64,000 nucleotides of DNA from Chloroflexota bacterium (GCA_016190825.1 JACPPV010000039.1:10215-74214), one strand, 5' to 3'. Positions 8,009-17,405 are shown, numbered from the stretch's first letter. Translations and numbers: made by a program. Notes: generated from the sequence alone by a model not told the origin.

Positions 8009-8926
8009 TTATCTGGCGGTGAAACTATGGCAGGTACCGCAGAAAAAACCAACCTGGTGCTCCACCTGCGCCGCATGACAAGAAGTGCAGGTATCCCGCT
8101 GGCTAACCTGCCACTCGTGTGGCTTGTGACAGGTCTGGCAGGAAGACGTGGCATGGGAGCGTTCCGTGTGCGCACCCGTTGCGGTGTGACAGGTCTGGCA
8201 GGCGACATCCGGGAGGACCAATTCATGGGGTTTGTGGCAGGTCGCGCATTCGAACTGCATTGGGGCATCGGCCGGCCAGTTTACCGTCTCAACGGCGCGT
8301 GTTTGGTGACAGTCCAGGCATGCCTTGCGCGTAGGATGGAGCTTTTCCTCCGTTGAGAGGAAATTGTGGCAGGTGGAGCAGTGAAAATCTGCCATCGCCG
8401 GAGTGATGACGCGCTTCTCGATGTGACATACCTGGCAGATCGGCCCCGGTGCCTCAAAACGATGCAGTGTTGTAGAATGACATTTCGTGCACGCCAGGTT
8501 CTGCTCTTCGGTATGCACCTTGTGGCCCGCTGTGGCAGCTACTTGGGGCCATCTTATGTTGGCGCTCTCGTGACATTCCTCGCATGCTTCATCCTTGACG
8601 ACCGCATGTGACTCAACTCTCTGGTACCTGCCGAGAGCAAAACTGACAACCAGCCTGGAGCTCTCGATTACACTTTGCTCGTGGCAGCTATGGCAGGTGA
8701 CGTCTTTGTGTTGGCTTATCGCCCATTTGTCCCAGGCCTGTTCCATCAGGTGGCATGAACGGCAAAAATTAGGATCCTCCTGGGTGTAGTTGTAGAAACG
8801 GAAAAACTGGAAGCCGCTGAAAACAATAATGGCCACAAGGGCGATTGCGGCCGAAAAAAGCACGCCCTTCGGGATTCTACCCAGCCAGCGCCACAGGCGA
8901 CTAGCCTGTGCGGCGAGCCATCTCAT
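8009..8926 (-). CDS. Membrane-anchored multiheme c-type cytochrome (12 CxxCH motifs; NapC/NirT-like N-terminus)
   Basis: One N-terminal TM, then CRSCH, CHSCH, CEECH, CTKCH, CQVCH, CSTCH, CLDCH, CATCH, CQTCH, CQTCH, CTSCH and CGTCH. Confidence 0.85.
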   Translation of the reverse strand: MRWLAAQASRLWRWLGRIPKGVLFSAAIALVAIIVFSGFQFFRFYNYTQEDPNFCRSCHLMEQAWDKWAISQHKDVTCHSCHEQSVIESSRLVVSFALGRYQRVESHAVVKDEACEECHESANIRWPQVAATAGHKVHTEEQNLACTKCHSTTLHRFEAPGPICQVCHIEKRVITPAMADFHCSTCHNFLSTEEKLHPTRKACLDCHQTRAVETVNWPADAPMQFECATCHKPHELVLPDVACQTCHTATGAHTERSHATSSCQTCHKPHEWQVSQRDTCTSCHAAQVEHQVGFFCGTCHSFTAR

Positions 8927-8977
8927 CAGTGTTTCGCCCTTTCAGCGCGCTAACCTATTATAACACACTGGAAGAGG

Positions 8978-9685
8978 TCATCGATCCGGAACCTTTCCGA
9001 ATCCGTGCACAAGAGGGAATCGGTAGAAGCCGAATATCTCGCGGCTGCGCAGGAAACCTGCGAAGATGATAATAACGCCGAACAGTTCAAGGAGGTAAAA
9101 CATTTCCGGTGCTCCCAGCCGCATCCGTGTTCCGCCCAGCGCCGGGAGGATTGCCCCCAGGACAATCAAGATATTGGAAATTACCCGATGCGGCATGAAA
9201 CGGCGCCTCCAGAAAACGAAAGCGCTGAAAAGGGCGCCGCCAACCAGCGCAAGAGTGCCGAAACTATTGAGAAAAGGGGTCAGCAGCCTTACCCCGGATG
9301 GCATCGCTTCCCCGCTGAGGTAGGTAAGTGCATTGAGGTCAAGAGGTGCAGCAAAAACCCTGACCACAGCATAAACGGAAACCAGTCCCAGGACTGCCAT
9401 GAAGATATGAGCAGTGCGGCGGGAGGCCAGCAGGTAGAGCGTTCCCATGCCCAGGTAAGCGGCCACAAGGATTGCGCCAAAAAGGTACCAGAGGCGGTAG
9501 GCGACTGCGTTGATTTCTTGCGCCTCCATCCAGAACTCGGCTGCGGTGGCGACGAAGTACATCAAAAGCCCGAGTGCCCACACAAGCTGGTATGGCTTTC
9601 TGCGAGCAAAAAACTGATCGAGGACGGATAATGCGAAAACAAGACTGACGATGGCAGACAGCAGGGGTATTATTGCCGTGCCCAT
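8978..9685 (-). CDS. Polytopic membrane protein, unknown function
   Basis: 235 aa with about 7 hydrophobic helices. Lies directly upstream of the 12-heme cytochrome on the same strand. Confidence 0.6.
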   Translation of the reverse strand: MGTAIIPLLSAIVSLVFALSVLDQFFARRKPYQLVWALGLLMYFVATAAEFWMEAQEINAVAYRLWYLFGAILVAAYLGMGTLYLLASRRTAHIFMAVLGLVSVYAVVRVFAAPLDLNALTYLSGEAMPSGVRLLTPFLNSFGTLALVGGALFSAFVFWRRRFMPHRVISNILIVLGAILPALGGTRMRLGAPEMFYLLELFGVIIIFAGFLRSREIFGFYRFPLVHGFGKVPDR

Positions 9686-9907
9686 TTGTTGGCTATTTTA
9701 TAGCATCCCGCACGGCAAATCAAGCTAGTCCGACTGTCTGCGATGCGTGCGGTCGAACATGAAATCGCCTTAAAGGCGGGTGTTGATGTTCTGCTCCCGG
9801 CTTTGTAATCGAAAAACTGGCTGGACACTCAGGACAGTGCCGAACTTTTGGCGCCCGGATTTGGTGGCGAGACTACGGGAGCTACTTAAAAGCCACTGCC
9901 ATCACAC

Positions 9908-10132
9908 TTAGCGTAATTTCTCGAATTCATCCACAGATACTTTAGCATCCTTGAGGATTTTTCTCAGTAAGCCCCTGCCTAAATCCTTGCCTTTATGCAT
10001 GGGCACGGTAGTCCATCTTCCGTCACTATGATGGTACACCTTGTGGCTACCGCTCCCGTGCACGAAAGTGAAGCCAAGTTTTTCCAGAACTCCCAACACC
10101 TCGTCTGGCTTGGCCGGCCTGAGTTTAGGCAA
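9908..10132 (-). CDS. hicA: HicA-family toxin (mRNA interferase)
   Basis: LPKLRPAKPDEVLGVLEKLGFTFVHGSGSHKVYHHSDGRWTTVPMHKGKDLGRGLLRKILKDAKV is a typical HicA/YcfA pattern. I chose the TTG at 10132; the track ORF starts at 10156 and overlaps hicB more deeply. Confidence 0.7.
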   Translation of the reverse strand: MPKLRPAKPDEVLGVLEKLGFTFVHGSGSHKVYHHSDGRWTTVPMHKGKDLGRGLLRKILKDAKVSVDEFEKLR

Positions 10133-10346
10133 CGACCTGCACCTCGTCAATGGCAACTTCTATGGGAACAGGTTCTCCCAAAGCCCGGCGGGCTTCGATA
10201 TGCAGCTTGATGGCGTCCTTAATGTTCTCCAGGGCTTCTTCATAGGTTTCCCCTTGCGTGTAGCAACCCTGAAGAAGCGGGACAGAAGCTACATAGAGCC
10301 CATCCTCGTCTTTTTCAACTACCACTGTAAATTTGTAGTCTGGCAT
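10125..10346 (-). CDS. hicB: HicB-family antitoxin (UPF0150 fold)
   Basis: MPDYKFTVVVEKDEDGLYVASVPLLQGCYTQGETYEEALENIKDAIKLHIE is the classic HicB N-domain. Sits upstream of and overlapping hicA. Confidence 0.75.
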   Translation of the reverse strand: MPDYKFTVVVEKDEDGLYVASVPLLQGCYTQGETYEEALENIKDAIKLHIEARRALGEPVPIEVAIDEVQVVA

Positions 10347-10359
10347 GTCTTATCACCTC

Positions 10360-10536
10360 CTAAACAACAGGAAGCCCGTCCTCAAGGAGAGCTTCAACAT
10401 AGGCCTCCATCGCCTCTTTGATATTCTTGAGGGCTTCCGCTTTGGTCTTTCCTTGCGAGACGCAGCCCTTCAAAGCCGGGGCGTAAGCCACATAGCCAGA
10501 TTCACGACCCTTTTCAATGATGATAGTGTATTCCAT
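10360..10536 (-). CDS. Second short HicB/UPF0150-like protein (58 aa)
   Basis: Not in the ORF track. My translation is MEYTIIIEKGRESGYVAYAPALKGCVSQGKTKAEALKNIKEAMEAYVEALLEDGLPVV. It is paralogous in pattern to the downstream HicB. Confidence 0.6.
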   Translation of the reverse strand: MEYTIIIEKGRESGYVAYAPALKGCVSQGKTKAEALKNIKEAMEAYVEALLEDGLPVV

Positions 10537-10589
10537 AATATTTTCCCTTTAGTCACCCATAGAGTTTGTATCAACCCAGACGGTGGAAT

Positions 10590-11117
10590 TCAAAAGTGAA
10601 ATTGGCAGTTGTGCAGGGCTATTACGCCAAGGTTACTAACATGGTCAATTTGTCCCTCGACTCGAAATGGGATGCCCTTTTTCATAACTTTAACTTCAGG
10701 ATACCGGGCAAGGTCTTGCACTGGGCATATAATCGGAGGCTGCGATTTTCCTTGACTGCTCACGTTCAAATAAGTTTCTCCATGCAACCCGGTAGACGTA
10801 CTAAACAGTGTGACATCCCAAGAGACTGTTATTCCTTCGTAATTCTTAGCAGCGGACTCTCTTTGAAAAGGAGGAAGACCATCAAGGTAACCAATGATTT
10901 CCTCAGGGAGGAGAGTGTTTTTTGGCTTCTCTTCAATCTTCTCTTCAATTGGAGGATGACTTGAGATTGGTATCGTATGTTGTTGAGGGTTTGATGTTTG
11001 CTTTTGCGCCTTGGCTTTTCCGATACCGAAGCCATGATATAAGACTAGCCCTGCAATGACAGAAGCTATGACAGTGCTTCCAATTCCAATAACCCATGGA
11101 TTTGTGAAGAACTCCAT
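10590..11117 (-). CDS. Hypothetical N-terminally membrane-anchored protein
   Basis: 175-aa ORF with one N-terminal TM. Visibly lower GC than the flanks. No motif recognised. Confidence 0.5.
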   Translation of the reverse strand: MEFFTNPWVIGIGSTVIASVIAGLVLYHGFGIGKAKAQKQTSNPQQHTIPISSHPPIEEKIEEKPKNTLLPEEIIGYLDGLPPFQRESAAKNYEGITVSWDVTLFSTSTGLHGETYLNVSSQGKSQPPIICPVQDLARYPEVKVMKKGIPFRVEGQIDHVSNLGVIALHNCQFHF

Positions 11118-11159
11118 GTTCTCTTTAACCTCTTAAACACGTGCACACGAACTCAGGCT

Positions 11160-11233
11160 TGGCTGCCGAGCCAGGATTCGAACCTGGGCAAAAGGATTCA
11201 AAGTCCTTCGTGCTACCACTACACAACTCGGCA
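11160..11233 (-). tRNA. tRNA-Gln (anticodon TTG)
   Basis: The reverse complement folds as a cloverleaf. Acceptor tgccgag/ctcggca, anticodon loop cTTTGAa, T-arm ggttcgaatcc, encoded CCA. Confidence 0.85.
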
Positions 11234-11242
11234 ATGTCTTCC

Positions 11243-11331
11243 TGGTGCCGAAGGTCGGGCTCGAACCGACATGAGAGTTTCCCCTCAACAGTTTTTGAGA
11301 CTGTCGCGTCTGCCTATTCCGCCACTTCGGC
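11243..11331 (-). tRNA. tRNA-Leu (anticodon CAA)
   Basis: Acceptor gccgaag/cttcggc, anticodon stem acagt/actgt with loop ctCAAaa, long variable arm, T-loop ggttcgagccc, encoded CCA. Confidence 0.85.
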
Positions 11332-11414
11332 GCTTCCTGGAATACTCAATAACCAAGATGCCAGATACAATCCGTTCCTTTCGCTTGGTTATTATTACTT
11401 GGTCATTTTTGTCC

Positions 11415-11502
11415 TGGTGCCGAAGGGGAGATTTGAACTCCCACGAACTCACGTTCACCACCCCCTCAAGATGGCGCGTCTACCAGCTTCCGCCACTTCG
11501 GC
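11415..11502 (-). tRNA. tRNA-Leu (anticodon GAG)
   Basis: Acceptor gccgaag/cttcggc, anticodon stem ccatc/ggtgg with loop ttGAGgg, long variable arm, T-loop agttcaaatct, encoded CCA. Confidence 0.8.
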
Positions 11503-11513
11503 ATGCCCTGGCG

Positions 11514-11711
11514 CTAATGTCTCCGGTCATCATCTGTGAGCCACCAGCGCCGCATCAAAATCCGGCGGGAACGCCAGCCCCAGATGAAGCTGATACCAAT
11601 GATGATAAGAACAACGGGCCAGAAGTAGTTCCACAGTGACCCGCTCAGTATCCCCAGCTTCGTAAGAAGCCACAAAACGCCGATGGCTGTAAGAATAAGT
11701 CCGACGATCAT
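11514..11711 (-). CDS. Possible small two-TM membrane protein (65 aa)
   Basis: MIVGLILTAIGVLWLLTKLGILSGSLWNYFWPVVLIIIGISFIWGW... The longer track ORF (to 11789) runs into tRNA-Trp, so I used the internal ATG at 11709-11711. Confidence 0.35.
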   Translation of the reverse strand: MIVGLILTAIGVLWLLTKLGILSGSLWNYFWPVVLIIIGISFIWGWRSRRILMRRWWLTDDDRRH

Positions 11712-11728
11712 AAACTCACCGTTTCCTC

Positions 11729-11804
11729 TGGCAGGAGTGGCAGGATTCGAACCCGCGACCGGCGGTTTTGGAGACCGCTGCTCTACCAACTGAGCTACAC
11801 TCCT
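11729..11804 (-). tRNA. tRNA-Trp (anticodon CCA)
   Basis: The reverse complement is aggagtgtagctcagttggtagagcagcggtctCCAaaaccgccggtcgcgggttcgaatcctgccactcctgcca. Confidence 0.85.
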
Positions 11805-11974
11805 AGCCGTGTATATATTAGCACAATTCCTTCCAAAAATTAACCCGCTTGCTTCGCAGTGGAATCACCATCAGGCGTTCTTTGGTTTTTCTCCAAACGG
11901 TGTCTTACGCCGGGGACATTTGTAAGAGCATGGCTGTTCTTGCTGTGTTATCATTACGATAAGGGCGTAATCCA

Positions 11975-13702
11975 ATGAAAAACAGCGAAATCGCGAAAGT
12001 CTTTTCCGATATTGCCGACCTCCTCGAGTTGAAGGGGGAAAACGTCTTCAAAGTTCGCGCCTACCAGAAAGTGGTGCGCTCAATTGAGCATCTGCCGGTG
12101 GAGATAGAGCAGATGGTGAAGGAAGGCAGGAGCCTCAGGGAAATCCCCGGAGTCGGCGATGCGATCGAGAAGAAGATAATCGAGCTTGTCACCACCGGCA
12201 AGCTGCCAGTGTACGAAGAACTCAAAACTGAGTTCCCCAAAGGTATCACTACCCTGCTTGAGGTGCCCGGCATCGGTCCGAAAACTGCCAGACTCCTTTC
12301 CACGGAGTTGGACATAGGCTCAATCGAGGAGCTGGAAGCGGCAATCGTCGGCGGGCAGGTTGCCCGGCTATATCGAATGGGCGATAAGACCGCCGAAAAC
12401 ATCCTGCACCAGATTCAGGCGCTCCGGCGGAAGGACCAGCGTATCCCTCTCGGCGAAGCAATGGCCGTGGTTGACGAGATTACCGCGCGGCTCAAGGACG
12501 TGCCGGGTTTGAGGAATCTTATCGCCGCTGGCAGCGTGCGCCGTTTCCGTGAGACAATTGGCGATATTGACATGATGGGCACCGCTGATGATGCCGGCAA
12601 GGTAATTCACGCCTTTACCTCCCTGCCCCAGGTGACAGAGGTCATCGCCAGCGGCGGCACCAAGGCCAGCGTGATAGTGGCCGGCGGGCTTCAGGTGGAC
12701 CTGCGCATCGTGGAGCATGAGGCCTTTGGCTCTCTATTACAGTATTTCACCGGGAGCAAGGAGCACAATATCGTTATCAGGGAAAGGGGGCGGAGGCAGG
12801 GACTGAGCCTTTCCGAATATGGCATCACCGACCTGAAGACGGGCTGGCTGGAGAAATATGCCAGCGAGGAGGCGTTCTACGGCCGGCTCGGCTTGCAGTA
12901 TATCCCGCCTGAAATCAGGGAAGGCGGCGCTGAGATCGATATGGCCGCACAGGGGAGATTGCCCGGGCTGGTTGAGATGGGGGACATTAAAGGCGACCTG
13001 CATGTTCATACCAGCGCAAGTGATGGGCGCGATACCCTGGAAGCGATGGCCCGCGCGGCGAAAGAGCATGGCTACGAATACGTGGTTATCACCGATCACT
13101 CAAAAGCCCTCGGCATGGCCCATGGACTAGATACAGAGAGGGTGAAGCAGCAGAAGGCAGAGATCGAGGGACTGAATCGCAAGATTGGAGGCATCCGCAT
13201 CCTGTCCGGCATGGAAGTTGATATCAGGGCGGATGGCAGCCTGGATATGCCCGATGAAGTCCTTGCCGGGCTGGATGTGGTGGTCGCGTCGGTGCACTCC
13301 GGCCTCACCGAGGGCGAGGAGAAGATGATGCGCCGTATTACCCGGGCCATAGAAAATCCCAACGTTGACATTTATGCCCACCCTACCTGCCGCCTCCTTC
13401 CCGGCCGGGAGCCGGCGGCGGTGAACATGGAGGCCCTTTTTCAAACGGCGCTCCGCACCGGCTCCGCGCTCGAAATCAATGCCTCTCCCAGCCGCCTCGA
13501 CCTCAAGGACGTTCACATCTACCGGGCGCGGGAGCTGGGTGTGAAGCTAGTGATGAGCACAGATGCCCACTCCACCGAGCACTTCGGCTTCATCCGCTTC
13601 GGGGTGGGGATTGCGCGGCGGGGCTGGTGCGAAGCGAAAGACATTCTGAACAGTAAGCCGCTGGATGAGTTCCTTTCTTCGCTAAAAAAGGGAGGCGTTT
13701 AG
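11975..13702 (+). CDS. polX: Family X DNA polymerase with C-terminal PHP domain (PolX)
   Basis: N-terminal HhH motifs ([36 protein letters not shown]). Pol-beta-like nucleotidyltransferase core ([16 protein letters not shown]). PHP motifs ([29 protein letters not shown]). Confidence 0.9.
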   Translation: MKNSEIAKVFSDIADLLELKGENVFKVRAYQKVVRSIEHLPVEIEQMVKEGRSLREIPGVGDAIEKKIIELVTTGKLPVYEELKTEFPKGITTLLEVPGIGPKTARLLSTELDIGSIEELEAAIVGGQVARLYRMGDKTAENILHQIQALRRKDQRIPLGEAMAVVDEITARLKDVPGLRNLIAAGSVRRFRETIGDIDMMGTADDAGKVIHAFTSLPQVTEVIASGGTKASVIVAGGLQVDLRIVEHEAFGSLLQYFTGSKEHNIVIRERGRRQGLSLSEYGITDLKTGWLEKYASEEAFYGRLGLQYIPPEIREGGAEIDMAAQGRLPGLVEMGDIKGDLHVHTSASDGRDTLEAMARAAKEHGYEYVVITDHSKALGMAHGLDTERVKQQKAEIEGLNRKIGGIRILSGMEVDIRADGSLDMPDEVLAGLDVVVASVHSGLTEGEEKMMRRITRAIENPNVDIYAHPTCRLLPGREPAAVNMEALFQTALRTGSALEINASPSRLDLKDVHIYRARELGVKLVMSTDAHSTEHFGFIRFGVGIARRGWCEAKDILNSKPLDEFLSSLKKGGV

Positions 13703-13733
13703 CACCTATCCAATATTTATCCTTTTGTCTCCA

Positions 13734-13961
13734 TTATGGTTGCGTTACCGCCTGCGATGGCGTGGGAATCAATTCTTGTAGGACTTCCAACCACGCACCG
13801 CCGATATAAAGCGTAGCGTGCGCTTGATTATCAGTGACGGATACCCAGTAGACAACTGGTACGTCCCTGAGTCTTTGGTAACCTAACTGCATATATTTAG
13901 ATGATTCCAGTGGTCCAACCTGTGCTTCGAATTGGAACATTTGCAACTGTTGTTCCATCAC
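13734..13961 (-). CDS. Hypothetical protein (75 aa)
   Basis: The only ORF of appreciable size in the 360-bp gap. No motif recognised. Confidence 0.3.
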   Translation of the reverse strand: MMEQQLQMFQFEAQVGPLESSKYMQLGYQRLRDVPVVYWVSVTDNQAHATLYIGGAWLEVLQELIPTPSQAVTQP

Positions 13962-14062
13962 CCCAAATAGTCGTCATGTCCCGCTAGCCTATCCAGAGGG
14001 CCGGTGCTGGCCTCACAGCCACCAAGATTATTCCAAAGATGAGAAGTCCCATCAAGTCCCGG

Positions 14063-15208
14063 TCATGACTTCGGCTTGTTTTTGCATATGCAATTTGAAT
14101 AGATGTCCAGCAGCTTCCTGGTAGAGACCTGGGAGCTCTGCGAACGTGCCCATTTACGGGCAGCCATGCCTATCCTCTGCCTCTCGCCGTCATCCCGCAA
14201 GAGTCTGGCACAGGCTTCGGCAAATTCATTTTCATCTTCGCCCACCAGAATTCCCGTCTCTCCGGAGGTAATGATATCCCGCGGGCCCATTATGCCGATG
14301 GCAACTACTGCGGCTCCAGCCATCATCGCCTCCATCAGAACAAGCCCCTGTGTCTCCGTCTTGGAGGCAAAGACAAAAAGCCCCGCCTGCTTATAGAGGT
14401 CGATTAAATCACGTCTTGGCAGAAAACCGATAAAGGTAACCGAATGGGCAACGCCGAGGCTCCTTGCGTATTGCTCCAGAAACTGGCGCTGAGGCCCGTC
14501 CCCGGCGAGTATTAACCTGGCTTCGGGCCGGAGGGAAAGAAGCTGACAAAACGAGCGTAAAAGAAAATCGAGGTTTTTTTCTATCCCGAATCTTCCTACA
14601 TAAAGTAGCAGGTCTTTGGTTTGGATATTCAATTCCGCTCTGATATCCCACCTGATCTCGTGAGAGAATTCCGCCTCATCTACGCCAAAAGGGAGCGCGT
14701 AGATGGGGCGGGTTATGCCGTAGCTTTCCAGCTCGTTCTTCATCTGATTTGAGGGTGCAATAATCGCATCGCAACGGTTACAGAGCATCCGGCTCAGCCA
14801 TTTGATCATACCGCGAGTGGGGCGGATTACCCTCGGGAGATAGCCGCGGTAATCCATGAAGAGGGTATGATAAGTATGGATATGGGGTATGTGGTATCTC
14901 TTGGATGCCCATAGCCCCAGGAGCCCCATAGAGCCAGGATCGTGCGAATGGATGATATCCAGTGTGGGAATGATCCGGAAAGCGCTTCTATTATATGGGA
15001 TAGCTAATCTCACCCCTTTATAGAAGATAAACTTTGCAGAAGCGAAGCGATAAACTCCTGGACCGGAACCGTTTTCGCCCGGATAGCTTGGACAAAAAAC
15101 GTAGACCTCGTGCCCTTTTTTTGTTAGTTCACGTGTCATCGTCTTTAAGACAGTGACAACCCCATTTACCTCCGGAAGATAGGTATCAGTAAAGAGTCCG
15201 ATTCTCAT
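14063..15208 (-). CDS. Glycosyltransferase family 4 (GT-B fold)
   Basis: MRIGLFTDTYLPEVNGVVTV N-terminus and the C-terminal EX7E-type region FVFASKTETQGLVLMEAMMAGAAVVA. Confidence 0.85.
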   Translation of the reverse strand: MRIGLFTDTYLPEVNGVVTVLKTMTRELTKKGHEVYVFCPSYPGENGSGPGVYRFASAKFIFYKGVRLAIPYNRSAFRIIPTLDIIHSHDPGSMGLLGLWASKRYHIPHIHTYHTLFMDYRGYLPRVIRPTRGMIKWLSRMLCNRCDAIIAPSNQMKNELESYGITRPIYALPFGVDEAEFSHEIRWDIRAELNIQTKDLLLYVGRFGIEKNLDFLLRSFCQLLSLRPEARLILAGDGPQRQFLEQYARSLGVAHSVTFIGFLPRRDLIDLYKQAGLFVFASKTETQGLVLMEAMMAGAAVVAIGIMGPRDIITSGETGILVGEDENEFAEACARLLRDDGERQRIGMAARKWARSQSSQVSTRKLLDIYSNCICKNKPKS

Positions 15209-15424
15209 TCTTGCGTAGTCGCTCTTGCAAACCGTCCATTTGCAAAGTATAGCAGAGGTTGAGAGAACTTAACAGGGACAATCAACGATAGCCTTCGCTG
15301 GAGTTCGAATACGTAGTGGGATAACGAAGGTGAGAATTGCAGGTGGCAAATCAGGAGTTAGGCTGTTCGGCTTCATCCCGGATTTTTACGCTACCATTGC
15401 ACGAACATCAGGATGTTTGCCATT

Positions 15425-15697
15425 TCATGCGTATGTATTAGCACGGTGCTTGTAAGTTTTCCTTTTATTATATTTAGGTGGCTTTCCACCATGTTGATAC
15501 TGATAGCGTTGTATCTCGTCCCATTCTCTTTCTTCTGCGGAACGTCTTGTAAGTCCGACACTAATGACATTCATATGGGTGAATCTTTTGTTAGAATGTT
15601 CCGGTTCTCTTCGTTCGGGGTCACAACTGATGCCGTAGTAAACTATTTCATGCCCATCACGTAATTCGTATAACCAACAATCTCTAGGTTCACTCAT
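15425..15697 (-). CDS. Small GIY-YIG-like protein (90 aa)
   Basis: WLYELRDGHEIVYYGISCDPERREPEH resembles the GIY-(x8-11)-YIG...R...E/H pattern. Start set at the ATG preceded by AGGGAGG. Confidence 0.45.
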   Translation of the reverse strand: MSEPRDCWLYELRDGHEIVYYGISCDPERREPEHSNKRFTHMNVISVGLTRRSAEEREWDEIQRYQYQHGGKPPKYNKRKTYKHRANTYA

Positions 15698-15904
15698 TTC
15701 AGCCTCCCTACGTAACAATAGAGTACTGATTTAGACATCGGAATTATAGCATAATGTCGGGACAAGTTCCTGCCTTTGATGCTAGAATAGCCTCAAGGCA
15801 TGGCTATAAGAAGGCAATCCCCCACACAGGAGTCCGTTTCTTTGATAAACACAATTGGCTTCAATAAACTTGACAATTCGCTATTTCGGGATAGCCGAAA
15901 GATG

Positions 15905-16162
15905 TCATCGCATGATCGAATCGTGGCAGTCCCAACACAGGACCTCGCAGTTTCTCAGCGTATCCTCGCCGGTGAAGGCTATTTTATCGGCTTCCCAGCC
16001 TCCACGCCCATCCCTTCCCCGCATCGCCCAGACCAACTGTTTGCCGCAGGGATTGTAGAAATGCCGGTGGGTGCGCCGCTGGCATTCGCACTGCCCGCCG
16101 GCTCTTTCCCAAGCCCGTTGTATTACCTCATCCGAAAATGCCACTATTCTACCCTCTGGCAT
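15905..16162 (-). CDS. Small HNH-like nuclease-fold protein (85 aa), possibly degenerate
   Basis: GGQCECQRRTHRH...PCGKQL...WEADKIAFTGEDTLRNCEVLCWDCHD shows Cys4 zinc-finger spacing and N...LC..CH. DK sits where many HNH proteins have HH. Confidence 0.5.
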   Translation of the reverse strand: MPEGRIVAFSDEVIQRAWERAGGQCECQRRTHRHFYNPCGKQLVWAMRGRDGRGGWEADKIAFTGEDTLRNCEVLCWDCHDSIMR

Positions 16163-16184
16163 TCAACAGAAATATCTGGCTTCA

Positions 16185-16256
16185 TGGGCCCGGTAGGGAT
16201 CGAACCTACGACCAATCGGTTATGAGCCGACCGCTCCACCACTGAGCTACGGGCCC
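16185..16256 (-). tRNA. tRNA with CAT anticodon (elongator Met or Ile2-lysidine type; not initiator-like)
   Basis: The reverse complement is gggcccgtagctcagtggtggagcggtcggctCATaaccgattggtcgtaggttcgatccctaccgggccca. No CCA is encoded. The anticodon stem lacks the 3 G-C pairs of initiators. Confidence 0.8.
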
Positions 16257-16412
16257 ACGCTCCGCTAATATCATATCTTAGCGCCTGGGTGACGTCAATG
16301 AATCAAGTCTGTAACCGTCAAGAGAAAAAGGACACCCGCTTAAAGCATGGCATCTAGTTGTTCATGTCTGCAGGGCTGAGGTACCCTGCGGAGGAATGAC
16401 TCCAATCCCCTC

Positions 16413-17390
16413 TCAGCCCCTGCCGATCACCAGGGGAATAGCGTTTGCCCCAGCTTTCGCAGGGATTTCCCAGACTTTGACCTTGGGCAGCAGTTTTTCC
16501 ACATCGGTCTTGCGGCAGAGCTCAGTGCCGTAAGTCATAACTGCCGCCGTGCCCATTGCCGCTCCCAAGCGGCAAGCCTCAATCAGGGACTCCCCGCAGG
16601 ACAGCTTCAAGGCAAGACCAGCGATGGTGCAATCTCCCGCTCCGACGGTGCTGCGCACCTTCACTGTGGGCGTCATGGCCTTTACCACCATGTCTTTTGT
16701 CGCGGCGATTATACCTTCTTTACCGCGTGAAATGACCACAATCTCGATGCCGGTATCAAGCAGCTTCCGTGCCGCATCGATTACCGCCTTTTCCGTCGGC
16801 AGCTTTTTCCCCACCAGTATCTCCGCCTCGTGGACATTGGGCTTTATCAAGTACGGTTTGGCTTTTATCCCTTCGGTGAGCCATTGGCCTTCAGAGTCGA
16901 GAATCGTCAGTATTCCCCTCTCCTTCGCTTCTTTGATGACATCGTAATAAATACTAGTCGGAATGCCCGGGGGTACGCTGCCGGCAATGACCAGCATATC
17001 CGGATGGGGACGGAGCTGGCGGACCTTCTTCATGAATCTTTCCAGCTCCCTTTTTGAGATGCGCGGGCCTGGAGCATCAATCCGCGTCTGCTGAGCGGTC
17101 CGGGTATCGCTGAGGATAACGTTGGTGCGCGTTTCTTCCTTGATGGGAGTGAAACTGAAAAGCACGCCCTCCTCATCCAGCAGTATCTCCAGGGTGCGGC
17201 CGGTATTTCCGCCGATGAACCCGTAAGCCACCGTTACGCCGCCCTGTTCGTGAATGGCACGGGACACGTTAATGCCTTTACCTCCGGCATAGCGGCGCAA
17301 TTTCAACCAGCGGTTAGCCTCATCCAGCACCAGACCATCGACGAGGATATCTTCGTCCAGGGAAGGGTTAAGAGTAACGGTAGCAATCAT
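16413..17390 (-). CDS. PfkB-family hexose-phosphate kinase (1-phosphofructokinase / tagatose-6-P kinase type)
   Basis: MIATVTLNPSLDEDILVD..GGKGINVSRA N-terminus and C-terminal GAGDCTIAG (the PfkB signature). Confidence 0.85.
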   Translation of the reverse strand: MIATVTLNPSLDEDILVDGLVLDEANRWLKLRRYAGGKGINVSRAIHEQGGVTVAYGFIGGNTGRTLEILLDEEGVLFSFTPIKEETRTNVILSDTRTAQQTRIDAPGPRISKRELERFMKKVRQLRPHPDMLVIAGSVPPGIPTSIYYDVIKEAKERGILTILDSEGQWLTEGIKAKPYLIKPNVHEAEILVGKKLPTEKAVIDAARKLLDTGIEIVVISRGKEGIIAATKDMVVKAMTPTVKVRSTVGAGDCTIAGLALKLSCGESLIEACRLGAAMGTAAVMTYGTELCRKTDVEKLLPKVKVWEIPAKAGANAIPLVIGRG

Positions 17391-17405
17391 CTCATCTCTC
17401 CGGCG

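Noticed and set aside
11514-11789. The full 91-aa ORF 11514..11789(-).
   Set aside because: Its first 26 codons are the tRNA-Trp gene read as protein. Only the part from the internal ATG (11711) is retained, at low confidence.
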